A stretch of 64,000 nt of DNA from Eledone cirrhosa (Eukaryota): assembly GCA_964016885.1 (NCBI GenBank), contig OZ024741.1:806001-870000 (forward strand). The letters are read 5' to 3'. Positions 1 to 11,980 of the stretch are shown here, one piece after another; the first letter of the stretch is position 1, and every line of letters starts with the position of its first letter. Under the pieces are notes generated by a model, which was not told the DNA's origin, ran no database searches, and saw nothing but the letters and a program-made list of their open reading frames with translations. A program made the translations under genes and the position numbers.

Positions 1-607
1 TGACATGCTTCTTCTTCTTTCTCCTCAGCATCAGTGTCTCACTTGCTTCTGCTACTGCATTGTTCAAGTAGCCGTACCTCTTTGTCAAACTCTCTACAAA
101 GAGCACTGAACCTGTTGCTCACTTCTCCTGTGAACCTCTTCTGTAGCTTATGTTCCTTGAAAGTTCCCCAGTCATAGATTATACTGTTGGTGTAGCCTTG
201 CTCTTTCTTAAGCTCACCCGGACCTCACTCATAACAAGCATGTGTCCACTGTCCCAGTGTACTGAAATAGTTGTATGGTTCTGTGTTGAGAACACTATTG
301 CGCTGCTTTTTCCTCACCAGAAAGAAATCAATCTAGGTCTTGGTCCACATCTTTTCTGGATTCTTCCTTAACGTTAGGTTGGTTGCCATCAAGTTTGCAT
401 CCAGCATGGCGTCTGTCGGTAGTCTTCCATTTCGGTTGGTGTTAGGGAATTACCAGCGCGGATCTTCACTGCTCTCCTTACTCGGATGTGCATAGAAGTC
501 CCTCAGAAGAATGATGTTTTGAGCTTGTGTGGTGTTGACAGCTCTACACATCTCATGAAATTCCTCTGCATTCACATCACTGTCTCCCTTGGTAGAACTA
601 TAAGCTG
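1..607 (-). mobile_element. Decayed LINE (RTEX/RTE-like) apurinic endonuclease region, partial
   Basis: Minus-strand translation across frameshifts gives SAYS.TKG..DVNAEEFHE..AVNTTQAQN.ILLRDFYAH (YAPT and GDFNA motifs), NTNRNGRL..NLMATNLTLRKNPEKMWT and IDFFLVRK..RNSVLN..VRVSLRKSK. Confidence 0.8.
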
Positions 608-1572
608 ATATCCGGTTTTAAATTCCTGTTATTGCCTGCAGGACTATGATAAAAAGGAGAGGGCTAAGAACAGCCCTGGTGTACACGGACCTGCATGCTA
701 AATTCCTCGCTCTAATCATTGATAACCCTAACTTTGCTGATTGTTTCTTTATACATGGCTTGTACAGCCCTCATAAGCTATTCATCTACTTCAAATTTTC
801 TAAGAGCCCACCAGATTATAGCATGGTGGACTCTGTCGAAGGCTTTTTCCATTTCGACAAATGCCAGGTAGAGTGGCTTACTTTTAGCTAGGTACTAATC
901 AACTGTGCTATAACTCTACGTTACTTTCATGATCTGGTCCATCAGCTTTATACCTCTCTAGTTTCCTCTATCTAGTGCATCACCTTTACCTTTGTATCAG
1001 TTGACCATGATGCTGCTGCACGAATCGTTTAGTATTATCTAGTTAACATTACTTGTGGTTATGGTCTGATCTACTGACCCAGATGCCTTGAGCATCTCGG
1101 CAACTATACCCGATGGACCGGTTGCCTTCCCCGTCTTCATATCTTTGATTGCCATACTATATTGCTGCTGACTTGTTCTGCTAGCCCCTCTATAGGGTTC
1201 ACTTTGGGTATGGTATCTTTTTCCCATGCATTCTCCCCATTTAGTAATCTTTCATACTGGCTCTTCCATGCATCTCCTCAGAAATTGTGAGTGCAATCTG
1301 ACCTTTATCATTCTGGATACACTTTTGTCCAATGACATCACAATTCTCTCTGACACACTGCCTCGTAATCTCGAACGCCTGTTTCTGTTCCTCGTGTTGC
1401 AAAAGATGCTTGAAATTCCTATCCTCTACCTCCCTTCTAGCTAAGTATACTTGTCGCCTAGCTTCGCTCCTGGTCTCTCTGTAATGTGCCCTGTTTTTCC
1501 ATTCTTTCCATGCCTGTCTCTTAGCCTTAATTGCCTCATCTACCATATTGTTCTACCACCAAGTGACTCTCC
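608..1572 (-). mobile_element. Decayed RTE-clade LINE fragment A (linker plus N-terminal RT), copy 1
   Basis: RVTWW*NNMVDEAIKAKRQAWKEWK; AIKDMKTGKATGPSGIVAEMLKASG; EKAFDRV..IIWWALRKF; GVHQG..LSPLLFIIVLQAIT..EFKTG. Ends just before YADD and has stops and frameshifts. Confidence 0.88.
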
Positions 1573-1646
1573 TAATCCATGTATATATCTTTTTATCATT
1601 ATCTTTTTCTCAAATATCCACACATGACGACACACATGCAAATATT

Positions 1647-2023
1647 ATGCATGGATATGTTAACTGGTAGCTGGAGAGAGAATAATATAGATGATAAAAG
1701 TCTATCTTCAGCAACAAGTGCTATATTGTCTCCCATGTTGAAAGATATTATTTTACAAGATAAGAACTTGAAACTAAGACTAACTGATGTATAGAATAGA
1801 ATAGAAAGACCTAGATGTGAAAAGAAGTGGAAATTGTGCAGATTGAAGATTGAAGATGTGACCGATGTGAAGAAACTGGAAAGATGTGTCGAAAAGAGTG
1901 AAGAATGCATTCCGTAGGAAAGACATCCCCGAGAGTGAACATTTGAAGCTAGAGCAAGGTTTTAAGAGTTAGAAAGAGTAGTTGTTGATTGTTCCTGTGA
2001 AAAGCAACGAAGTGCAAGCATAA
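1647..2023 (+). pseudogene. Unknown decayed ORF, paralog A, copy 1
   Basis: Homologous to 3566-3897 with a coding-type substitution pattern (SAILSPMLKDIILQDKN; KWKLCRLKIEDVTDVKKL; NEVQA*). Confidence 0.4.
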
Positions 2024-2221
2024 CAGACGAGACAAGAATGCAGACCCAGCAGTCGGAGTTAAGCAGTGAAGCAGATGCCAATATAATATTAAATATTAGA
2101 GAATCAGTTTGTTCTTATTTCATGTTTTATTGCGAAATGGTATTGTTGAAAGCTAAATACAATATAGCGTTTGTTGAATATGATGTATACTTTCTATGCA
2201 GAAATAAGGAAACATTTGCAG

Positions 2222-3075
2222 TCATCTTCATAATCATATGTTCGCTTTCAAGTGTGGGACATGTACTATTGAGCACCGCCTCTCCACTTATACCGGTCGT
2301 TGGTCACCTCGTTGGTGATCGTTAGCGATTTGAGGTCTGCTCTCACCACCCGTCTATGTTTTTCCTAGTCTTCCTTCTACTGGAATTACTTGGCACATGT
2401 TTACCCAGCAAACCATCTTATTCTTCTCTCCTGCACATAACTCATACCCATTTTCTCTCTCAACTCATCTCTGCTTGATGGTTGACGAACATCTAACGGA
2501 GCATGCTTCCTTCATTTCTTTGCCAGCCTTGGCATATTCTCTGCAATTGCTGGCCATGTCTCACTTCTTCCAACCCATCTTTATTGTAGATACTGTGGCC
2601 TCGTAGTAGACTCCTCTCTTTCTAATCTGCTCATCTGTATAGAACCCACCTTCATTTGAAAACTGTTTCTATCACTGTCACTTCTACTGTGAAATTTCTC
2701 TGTACATGTAGTTTTCACTACCTGTTTGCTTGCTATCCCACTACATATGTTGAGTACCCCAGATGTGCATTGCGTATATTTTATAGAATTTATCCCAGCT
2801 CCTTTTCAACATAGGGAGCATGTCCTCTTTTCTATGTTTTTATTCTGTCCTCTTGCTTCCAACTGTTTCCATAGACAGCATTTCTTCTTTAGCTTGTTTA
2901 CTGATTCTGCTATAAGAACCAGATCGTCATGGACAGCTAGTTTTAAACTCATCTGTTACTGACAGCACCTCTGTACAAAGCCTGCACTGCCCTCACAAGA
3001 CATTCCCCAACACCTAGTTTGGTTAGGCACCACCAGATGACAGATCATGGTACCCTACCAAAGGAGTTGTCTGTC
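2222..3075 (-). mobile_element. 5'-truncated decayed RTE-clade LINE fragment B (RT to 3' end), copy 1
   Basis: FGRVP*SVIWWCLTKLGVGECLVRAVQALY..EFKTSCP..DDLVLIAES..CSLC*KGAGINSI..CSGI..ETWP..VEGR..RADLKSLTITNEVTNDRYKWR, then an ATGA-rich 3' tail at ~2222-2240. Confidence 0.85.
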
Positions 3076-3079
3076 AACA

Positions 3080-3545
3080 AAATTAATTGCTAAGATGGAT
3101 TACATTGCCACCGGTTATATTTTATATATTTCCTAAGACTCGTTTGATTAAAAAGCTTAATTTTTATTTCTTTTTACTATTAGTTGTAGCTCTTATAAGT
3201 TTAGCTAGATTGCCAGCGTTGAAATAGTTGCGCTTTAGTTGTGATGTAGGTGTTGCAAGTTCCGGCTGTAAGTCGTGGGGGTGTAGTATATTGTGATGTA
3301 TGTGTACATATGTCTGTGTATGTATACACGTACACATGTGTGTAGTGTTTTTGTGTTTATACGTCTACAAATGTATATGCAATATTTCAATTAGCAAAGG
3401 GAGATTACTCTTCGATTTTTTAATAAAAATAAGAGTTGTTTCCCCTGTTAGCAGGAAATTTAGTTGTTTGATAAAACTGAATTGTGAAGGCTGGTTGTCT
3501 CGGTCAGTGCTAAGTGTCTGCTGAAGACTAGACATCTAAATTACG
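3080..3545. repeat. Segment X (non-LINE subtelomeric module); copies at 3080-3545, 7545-8015 and 12835-13315, diverged copy at 13950-14950
   Basis: All four share the core ATAAGTT(T/G)AGCTAGATT(G/T)CCAGCGT(T/C)GAAATAGTT. The three unit copies contain an AAGGGA..GTTGTTTCCCC dyad (3397-3445 in copy 1). Confidence 0.85.
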
Positions 3546-3565
3546 ATATATAAGTACACACATGC

Positions 3566-3897
3566 ATGCATGGATATGTTGCCAAGGAGCTGTCGAGTGA
3601 TTATAATGTAGATAAGCAAAATATATGAACACTCGCTATATTATCTCGCACTTTTATGGATATGTTTTTGCAATATAAGAATAGGAAACGAAAATCTAAT
3701 TCACTGAATACAATATGATGCAGGCAAAAGATGTTGAAATTGTGCCGAATTAAGATTGAAAATTTGACCGATGTGGAGCAGCTGTGGAAAATGTGCATGA
3801 TGTAGTGAAGAATGCAGTGGGTAGAAAAGACATCCCCGAGAATAAACAAGAGTAATTGGTGATTGTTGCAGTGAAAATCAATGAAGTACAAGCATAA
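3566..3897 (+). pseudogene. Unknown decayed ORF, paralog B, copy 1
   Basis: MHGYVAKELSSDYNVDKQNI*TLAILSRTFMDMFLQYKNRKRKSNSLNTI*CRQKMLKLCRIKIENLTDVEQLWKM, then frameshifted VKNAVGRKDIPEN and LVIVAVKINEVQA*. Confidence 0.42.
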
Positions 3898-4244
3898 CAG
3901 ACGAGAGAGAAGAATGCAGGCCCAGCAGTTGGAGTTCGCTGCCAAGCAGATGCCAATAGAATATAAAATATTATGGAATCGGATAGTTTATTGATTCCCT
4001 GTTTTATTGCAAAAGCGAATCCTTTAAAGTGCGAGACTATAGTGTTTGTCGTTGATGTATTTTTATCTATATTACTCTGCGTAAATACTGAATTTATGAG
4101 ATGCCCGACCCTACATAAGCCCACAAACAGGCCTTCAACAGTAAAAATTGTCCTTTGTTAAAAAGAAATTTTTTTCTTAATATAATTACGTTTATCTGCT
4201 GGATTGGTTATTGACCATTTTTGTAGGAGGGGATTTTGTTAGTG

Positions 4245-4935
4245 GTGTGTTACCTTCGCTGACTTAGCTCTCTGAGAAAGAAGAGCAATTTTGATATTTT
4301 TCTTTGACTGTATTTAGCCACTGAAGAATGGGTGTAGCTCCTTGGAGCACTCCCAACCAATAATTCGAAGAACCATCGGGTGTAATGACTTTGGCTTTAG
4401 TGTTCGTGTAGAGAAGTGATACTTTTGTATTCCACAAAAATCTTGATCAGGCAGTGACGATCGTCAGAATTATAGGCAATTTGCTTTAGCTCCCTCAAAT
4501 ATCTTCATCAGGATGTGACCGTTGGTTGATCTTTATCTCTGAAGCTGTTGTGGTTGTTTGAGCTTTTTGTCCATGTAGGGCTGGATTCTCTTAAGAATCA
4601 CACCCTGTTGAGGGTCTTTGCCACAAGTGAGGTCCCCCTGTAGTTGGTGTTAGAGAGATCTGCCTTCTTTGGCAGTGGCACGAAGTTACTGATTGTCCAC
4701 TGGTTCAGGGCAACTCGTTTCTCCAGAACTCCAAGATATGAAAATCACAAACTCTACATGACCTGTAGCCACTCGATTTTCTCCATGGGCCTTGCCCTCC
4801 TTTATCTTTTTTTGCTCTCTGAAGCTCCTCTCTGGCAAAGGGTCCTGTCTCAATATGCAGTTTTTGTAACAGCCACCTGATCTGCCCAGTGTTCTTGGCT
4901 GTGGAGGGCATTTCATAGTTGTGTACTAAAATGGT
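4245..4935 (-). mobile_element. Decayed RTEX-like LINE RT fragment (short form; endonuclease part deleted)
   Basis: KIKEGKAHG; VPLP..ADLS..NYRGTSLVAKTLNR; YTNTKAKVITPDG..GVLQG; IALLS..AKV. Confidence 0.8.
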
Positions 4936-4950
4936 CTAGACTATAATCTG

Positions 4951-6025
4951 ACATCCGGTTTTAAATTCCTGTTATTGCCTGCAGGACTATGATAAAAAGG
5001 AGAGGGCTAAGAACAGCCCTGGTGTACACCGACCTGCATGCTAAATTCCTAGCTCTAGTCATTGATAACCCTAACTTTGCTGATTGTTTCTTTATACATG
5101 GCTTGTACAGCCCTCATAAGCTATTCATCTACTTCAAATTTTCTAAGAGCCCACCAGATTATAGCATGGTGGACTCTGTCGAAGGCTTTTTCCATTTCGA
5201 CAAATGCCAGGTAGAGCGGCTTACTTTTAGCTAGGTACTTTTCCTGTAACTGCCTCACAAAGGTGAGGACATGGATGGTGCCTTTTCCTGGTACAAAGCC
5301 CAATTGCATATCATGTAGTTTCACCCTGTTCCTAATCAACTGTGCTCTAACTCTTTGTTACTTTCATGACCTGGTCCATCAGCTTTATACCTCTATAGTT
5401 TCCTCTATCTAGTGCATCACTTTTACCTTTGTATCAGTTGACCATGATGCTGCTGCACGAATCGTTTGGTACGACGCCCTTTAGTATTACCTAGTTAACA
5501 ATACGTGTGGTTATGGTCTGATCTACCGACCCAGATGCCTTGAGCATCTCGGCAACTATACCCGATAGACTGGTTGCCTTCCCCGTCTTCATATCTTTGA
5601 TTGCCATACTACATTGCTGCTGACTTGTTCTGCTAGCCCCTTTATAGGGTTCACTTTGGGTATGTTATCTTTTTCCCCATACATTCTCCTCATTTAGTAA
5701 TATTTCATACTGGCTCTTCCACGCATCTTCTCAGCACTTGTGAGTGCAAGCTGACTTTTATCATTCTGGATACACTTTTGTCCAATGACATCACAATTCT
5801 CTCTGAAACACTGCCTCGTAATCTGGAACAACTGTTTCTGTTCGTCGTGTTGCAAAAGATGCTTGAAATTCCTATCTTCTACCTCCCTTCTAGCTAAGTA
5901 TACTTGTCGCCTAGCTTCGCTCCTGGTCTCTCTGTAATGTGCCCTGTTTTTCCATTCTTTCCATGCCTGTCTCTTAGCCTTAACTGCCTCATCTACCATA
6001 TTGTTCTACCACCAAGTGACTCTCC
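4951..6025 (-). mobile_element. Decayed RTE-clade LINE fragment A, copy 2 (most complete)
   Basis: ORF 5121-5339, MQLGFVPGKGTIHVLTFVRQLQEKYLAKSKPLYLAFVEMEKAFDRV..IIWWALRKFEVDE, is a recognisable RTE-type RT segment. Confidence 0.92.
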
Positions 6026-6096
6026 TCATCCATGTATATATCTTTTTATCATTATCCTTTTCTCAAATATACACACATGACGACACTGCAAATATT

Positions 6097-6467
6097 ATGC
6101 ATGGATATGTTAACTGGTAGCTGGAGAGAGACTTTTATCATCTATATTATTCTATCTTCAGCAACAAGTGCTATATTGTCTTCCATGTTGAAAGATATTA
6201 TTTTACAATATAAGAACTTGAAACTAAGACTAACTGATGTATAGAATAGAAAAACCTAGATGTGAAAAAAAGTGGAAATTGTGCAGATTGAAGATTGAAG
6301 ATTTGACCGATGTGAAGAAACTGGAAAGATGTGTCGAAAAGAGTGAAGAATGCAGACCGTAGGAAAGACATCCCCGAGAGTGAACATTTGAAGCTAGAGC
6401 AAGGTTTTAATAGTTAGAAAGAGTAGTTGTTGATTGTTCCTGTGAAAGCAATGAAGTGGAAGAATAA
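6097..6467 (+). pseudogene. Unknown decayed ORF, paralog A, copy 2
   Basis: Copy of 1647-2023 with a 21-bp microinversion at 6131-6151. Confidence 0.38.
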
Positions 6468-6666
6468 CAGACGAGACATGAATGCAGACCCACCAGTCAG
6501 AGTTAAGCAGCGAAGCAGATGCCAATATAATATTAAATATTAGAGAATCAGTTTGTTCTTATTTCATGTTTTATTGTGAAATCGTATTGTTGAAAGCTAA
6601 AGACAATATAGCGTTTGTTGAAGATGATGTATATTTCTATGCAGAAATAATGAAACATTTGCACAG

Positions 6667-7540
6667 TCATCTTCATGATCATACGTTCGCTTTCAAGTGT
6701 GGGACATGTACTATTGAGCACCGCCTCTTTCGGCTTATACCGGTCGTTGTTCACCTCGTTGGTGATCGTTAGCGATTTGAGGTCTGCTCTCACCACCGCC
6801 GTCTATGTTTTTCCTAGTCTTCCTCTACTGCGTCTTCCTTCTACTCAAATTACTTGGCACTTGTTTACCCAGCAAACCATCTCATTCTTCTCTCCAGCAC
6901 TCCACAACTCATACCCATTTTCTCTCTCAACTCATCTCTGCTCGATGGTTGACGAACATCTAACGGGGCATGCTTCCTTCATTTCTTTGCCAGCCTTGCC
7001 ATATTCTCTGCAATTGCTGGCCATGTCTCACTTCTTCCAACCCATCTTTATTGTAGATACTGTGGCCTCGTAGTAGACTCCTCTTTCTAATCTGCTCATC
7101 TATATAGCGGAAGGTACGAACCACTTGTATAGAACCCACCTTCATTTGAAAACTGTTTCTATCACTGGTACTTCTACTGTGAAATTTTTCTGTACATTTA
7201 GTTTTCACTACCTGTTTGCTTGCTATCCCACTACATATGTTGTGTACCCCAGATGTGCATTGCGTATATTTTATAGAATTTATCCCAACTCCTTTTTAAC
7301 ATAGTGAACATGTCCCCTTTTCTATGTTTTTATTCTGTCCTCTTGCTTCCAACTACTGATTCCATAGACAGCATTTCTTCTCTAGCTTGTTTACTGATTC
7401 TGCTATAAGAACCAGATCGTCACGGACAGCCATTTTTAAACGCATCTGTTACTGACAGCACCTCTGTACAAAGCCTACACGGCCCTCACCACCTAGTTTG
7501 GTTAGGCACCACTAGATGACAGATCAAAAGGAGTTGTCTG
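6667..7540 (-). mobile_element. Decayed RTE-clade LINE fragment B, copy 2
   Basis: Copy of 2222-3075; retains VEGRRSRGRLGKT*TAVVRADL, the RTE C-terminal motif. Confidence 0.85.
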
Positions 7541-8034
7541 TCCAAAAAATGAATTGCTAAGATGGATTACATTGCCACCGGTTATATTTTATATATTTCC
7601 TAAGATTCGTTTGATTAAAAAGCTTAATTTATATTTCTTTTTACTCTGACATTATTATTTGTAGCTCTGATAAGTTTAGCTAGATTTCCAGCGTTGAAAT
7701 AGTTGTGATGTAGGTGTTGCAAGTTCCGGCTGTAAGTCGTGGGGGTGTAGTATATTGTCATGTATGTGTACATATGTCTATGTATGTATACATGTACACA
7801 TGTTGTTATTGTGTATAGTGTTTTTGTGTTTATACGTCTACAAATGTATATGCAATATTTCAATTAGCAAAGGGAGTTTACTCTTGGATATTTTAATAAA
7901 ATTGTTGTTTCCCCTCTTAGCAGGAAATTTAGTTGTTTGATAAAACTCAATATTCAAGGCTGGTTGTCTCGGTCAGTGCTAAGCGTCTGTTGAAGACTAG
8001 ACATCTAAATTACGATATACAAGTACACACATCC

Positions 8035-8373
8035 ATGCATGAATATGTTGCCAAGGAGCTGTCGAGTGATTATAATGTAGATAAGCAAAATATATGAATA
8101 CTCGCTATATTATCTTGCACTTTTATGCATATGTTTTTGCAATATAAGAATAGGAAACGAGGAAAAACTAATTCACTGAATACAGTGTGATGCAGGCAAA
8201 AGATGTTGAAATTGTGCCGAATTAAGATTGAAAATTTGACCGATGTGAAAGAAGCTGTGGAAAATGTGCATGATGTAATGAAGAATGCATTGGCTAGAAA
8301 AGACATCCCTGAGAATAAACAGAAAGAGTAGTTGCGGATTGTTCCAGTGAAAATCAATGAAGTGCAAGCATAA
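8035..8373 (+). pseudogene. Unknown decayed ORF, paralog B, copy 2
   Basis: Copy of 3566-3897. Confidence 0.38.
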
Positions 8374-8734
8374 CAGATGAGAGAAGCATGCAGGCCCAGC
8401 AGTTTGAGTTAGCTGCCAAGGAGATGCCAATATAATATAAAATATTAATGGAATCAGATAGTTTATTGATTCCCTGTTTTATTGCAAAAGCGAATCCTTT
8501 AAAGTGCGAGACAATATAGTGTTTGTCGTTGATGTATTTTTATCTATATTACTCTGCGTAAATACGGAAAAATTTATGAGATGCCCGACCCTACATAAGC
8601 CCACAAACAGACATTCAACAGTAAATATTTAATTGTCGTTTGTTTAAAAAGAAATTATTTTTCTTAATATAATTGTTTATCTGCTGGATTGGTCATTGAC
8701 CATTTTAGTAGGAGAGGGGATTTTGTTAGTGGTG

Positions 8735-10287
8735 CGTTACCTTTGCTGACTTAACTCTGAGAAAGAAAAGCAATTATATTTTTCTTTGACTGTATTTAGC
8801 CACTGAAGAATGGGTGTAGCTCCTTGGAGCACTCCAACCAATAATTCGAAGAACCATCGGGTGTAATGACTTTGGCTTTAGTGTTCGTGTAGAGCAGTGA
8901 TACTTTTGTATTCCACAAAAATCTTGATCAGGCAGTGACGATAGTCAGAATTATAGGCAATTTGCTTTAGCTCCCTCAAATATCTTCCTCAACATCAGGA
9001 TGTGACCGTTGGTTGATCTCTATCTGTGAAGCTGTTCTGGTTGGTTGAGCTTTTTGTCCATGCAGGGCTGGATTCTCTTTAGAATCATCCTGTTGAGGGT
9101 CTTTGCCACAAGTGAGGTCCCCCTGTAGTTGTTTCTGTTAGAGAGATCTGCCTTCTTTGGCAGTGGCACGAAGTTACTGATCGTCCACTTGTTCAGGGCA
9201 ACTCGTTTCTCCAGTCCCTTTTTACAGATCTCCAAGATATGAAAATCACAACTCTACATGACCTGATGCCACTCGATTTTCTCCATGGGCCTTGCCCTCC
9301 TTTATCTTCTTTTTTTGCTCTCTGAAGCTCTCTGGCAAAGGGTCCTGTCTCAATATTCAGTTTTTGTAACAGCCACCTGATCTGCCCAGTGTTCTTGGCT
9401 GTGGAGGGCATCTCATAGTTGTGTTCTAAAATGGTTCAGCCATTTCCTTTTTCCTATCCTCTGGATCTGTTTCCTTGATCTGACCTTTCCTCCATGTGAT
9501 CTCGTTGATCATCCAACTGTCAACCGTTCTCTTAACACTTTTAGTGCCTCCTCTCTGGCGTCAGTGTAAGTGGTACAGAGTGCTTCCCTCATCACCTCCA
9601 CTGTGTCCATCCTCTCCATAGGATCAGCACAGAATTGGTCCTTGGCAGGCTGCACACACCTTTGGGGTCTGCAGAACTGACATGCTTCTTCTTCTTTCTC
9701 CTCAGCATCAGTGTCTCACTTGCTTCTGCTACTGCATTGTTCAAGTAGCCGTACCTCTTTGTCAAACTCTCTACAAAGAGCACTGAACCTGTTGCTCACT
9801 TCTCCTGTGAACCTCTTCTGTAGCTTATGTTCCTTGAAAGTTCCCCAGTCATAGATTATACTGTTGGTGTAGCCTTGCTCTTTCTTAAGCTCACCCGGAC
9901 CTCACTCATAACAAGCATGTGTCCACTGTCCCAGTGTACTGAAATAGTTGTATGGTTCTGTGTTGAGAACACTATTGCGCTGCTTTTTCCTCACCAGAAA
10001 GAAATCAATCTAGGTCTTGGTCCACATCTTTTCTGGATTCTCCCTTAACGTTAGGTTGGTTGCCATCAAGTTTGCATCCAGCATGGCGTCTGTCGGTAGT
10101 CTTCCATTTCGGTTGGTGTTAGGGAATTACCAGCGCGGATCTTCTCTGCTCTCCTTACTCAGATGTGCATAGAAGTCCCTCAGAAGAATCATGTTTTGAG
10201 CTTGTGTGGTGTTGACAGCTCTACACATCTCCTCATGAAATTCCTCCGCATTCACATCACTGGCTCCCTTGGTAGGACTATAAGCTG
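8735..10287 (-). mobile_element. Decayed RTEX-like LINE (endonuclease, linker and RT), longest copy
   Basis: SAYSPTKG..RDFYAH endonuclease motifs at ~10285-10160; ORF 9020-9235 WTISNFVPLPKKADLSNRNNYRGTSLVAKTLNRMILKRIQP; GVLQG at ~8820-8834. Many internal deletions. The clade is assigned from motif recognition only. Confidence 0.83.
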
Positions 10288-11347
10288 ACATCCGGTTTTA
10301 AACTCCTTTTATTGCCTGCAGGACTATGATAAAAAGGAGAGGGCTAAGAACAGCCCTGGTGGACACGGACCTGCATGCTAAATTCCTCGCTCTAGTCATT
10401 GGTAACCCTAACTTTGCTGATTGTTTCTATATACATGGCTTGGTACAGCCCTCATAAGCTATTCATCTACTTTAAATTTTCTAAGAGCCGACCGGATTAT
10501 AGCATGCTGGACTGTGTCGAAGGCTTTTTCCATTTCGACAAATGCTAGGTAGATTGGCTTACTTTTAGCTAGGTACTTTTCCTGTAACTGCCTCACATAG
10601 GTGAGGACATGAGTGGTGCCTTTTTTTTTGTACAAAGCATAATTGCATATCATGTATTTTCACCCTGTTCCTAATCAACTGTGCTCCAACTCTGTTACTT
10701 TCATGACCTGGTCCATCAGCTTTATACCTCTCTAGTTTCCTCTATCTAGTGCATCACCTTTACCTTTATCAGTTGACCATGATGCTGCTGCACGAATGTT
10801 TTTGTACGACGCCCTTTAGTATTACCTAGTTAACAATGGTCTGATCTACCGACCCAGATGCCTTGAGCATCTCGGCAGCTATACCCGATAGACTGGTTGC
10901 CTTCCCCGTCTTCATATCTTTGATTGCCATACTACATTGCTGCTGACTTGTTCTGCTAGCCCCTCTATAGGGTTCACTTTGGGTATGGTATCTTTTCCCC
11001 ACGCATTCTCCCCATTTAGTAATCTTTCATACTGGCTCTTCCACGCATCTCCTCAGAAATTGTGAGTGCAAGCTGACCTTTATCATTCTGGATACACTTT
11101 TGTCCAATGACATCACAATTCTCTCTGACACACTGCTTCGTAATCTGGAACACCTGTTTCTGTTCGTCGTGTTGCAAAAGATGCTTGAAATTCCTATCCT
11201 CTACCTCCCTTCTAGCTAAGTATACTTGTCGCCTAGCTTCGCTCCTGGTCTCTCTGTAATGTGCCCTGTTTTTCCATTCTTTCCATGCCTGTCTCTTAGC
11301 CTTAACTGCCTCATCTACCATATTGTTCTACCACCAAGTGACTCTCC
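10288..11347 (-). mobile_element. Decayed RTE-clade LINE fragment A, copy 3
   Basis: ORF 10459-10653 VRQLQEKYLAKSKPIYLAFVEMEKAFD; ORF 11016-11321. Confidence 0.9.
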
Positions 11348-11421
11348 TCATCCATGTATATATCTTTTTATCATTATCTTTTTCTCAAATATCCACACAT
11401 GACGACACACATGCAAATATT

Positions 11422-11783
11422 ATGCATGGATATGTTAACTGGTAGCTGGAGAGAGAATAATATAGATGATAAAAGTCTATCTTCAGCAACAAGTGCTATA
11501 TTGTCTCCCATGTTGAAAGATATTATTTTACAATATTAGAACTTGAAACTAAGACTAACTGATGTATAGAATAGAAAGACCTAGATGTGAAAAGTGGAAA
11601 TTGTGCAGATTGAAGATTTGACCGATGTGAAGAAACTGGAAAGATGTGTCGAAAAGAGGGAAGAATTCAGTCCGTTGGAAAGACATCCCCGAGAGTGAAC
11701 ATTGGAAGCTAGAGCAAGGTTTTAAGAGTTAGAAAGAGTAGTTGTTGATTGTTCCTGTGAAAAGCAATGAAGTGGAAGCATAA
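11422..11783 (+). pseudogene. Unknown decayed ORF, paralog A, copy 3
   Basis: Copy of 1647-2023. Confidence 0.38.
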
Positions 11784-11980
11784 CAGACGACAAGAATGCA
11801 GACCCAGCAGTCGGAGTTAAGCAGCGAAGCAGATGCCAATATATTATTAAATATTAGAGAATCAGTTTGTTCTTATTTCATGTTTTATTGTGAAATCGTA
11901 TTGTTGAAAGCTAAAGACAATATAGCGTTTGTTGAAGATGATGTATATTTCTATGCAGAAATAATGAAACATTTGCACAG

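Noticed and set aside
3515-3545. Possible hammerhead ribozyme core (CTGAAGA ... CGAAA in copy 3)
   Set aside because: No single copy has both core motifs, and no convincing stem II or flanking stems can be formed.
2222-6025. Idea that RTE-A and RTE-B are two halves of one element split at YADD
   Set aside because: RTE-B contains its own diverged FGRVP..IWW..EFKTSCP segment (2925-3070) that overlaps RTE-A in element coordinates, so they are separate insertions.
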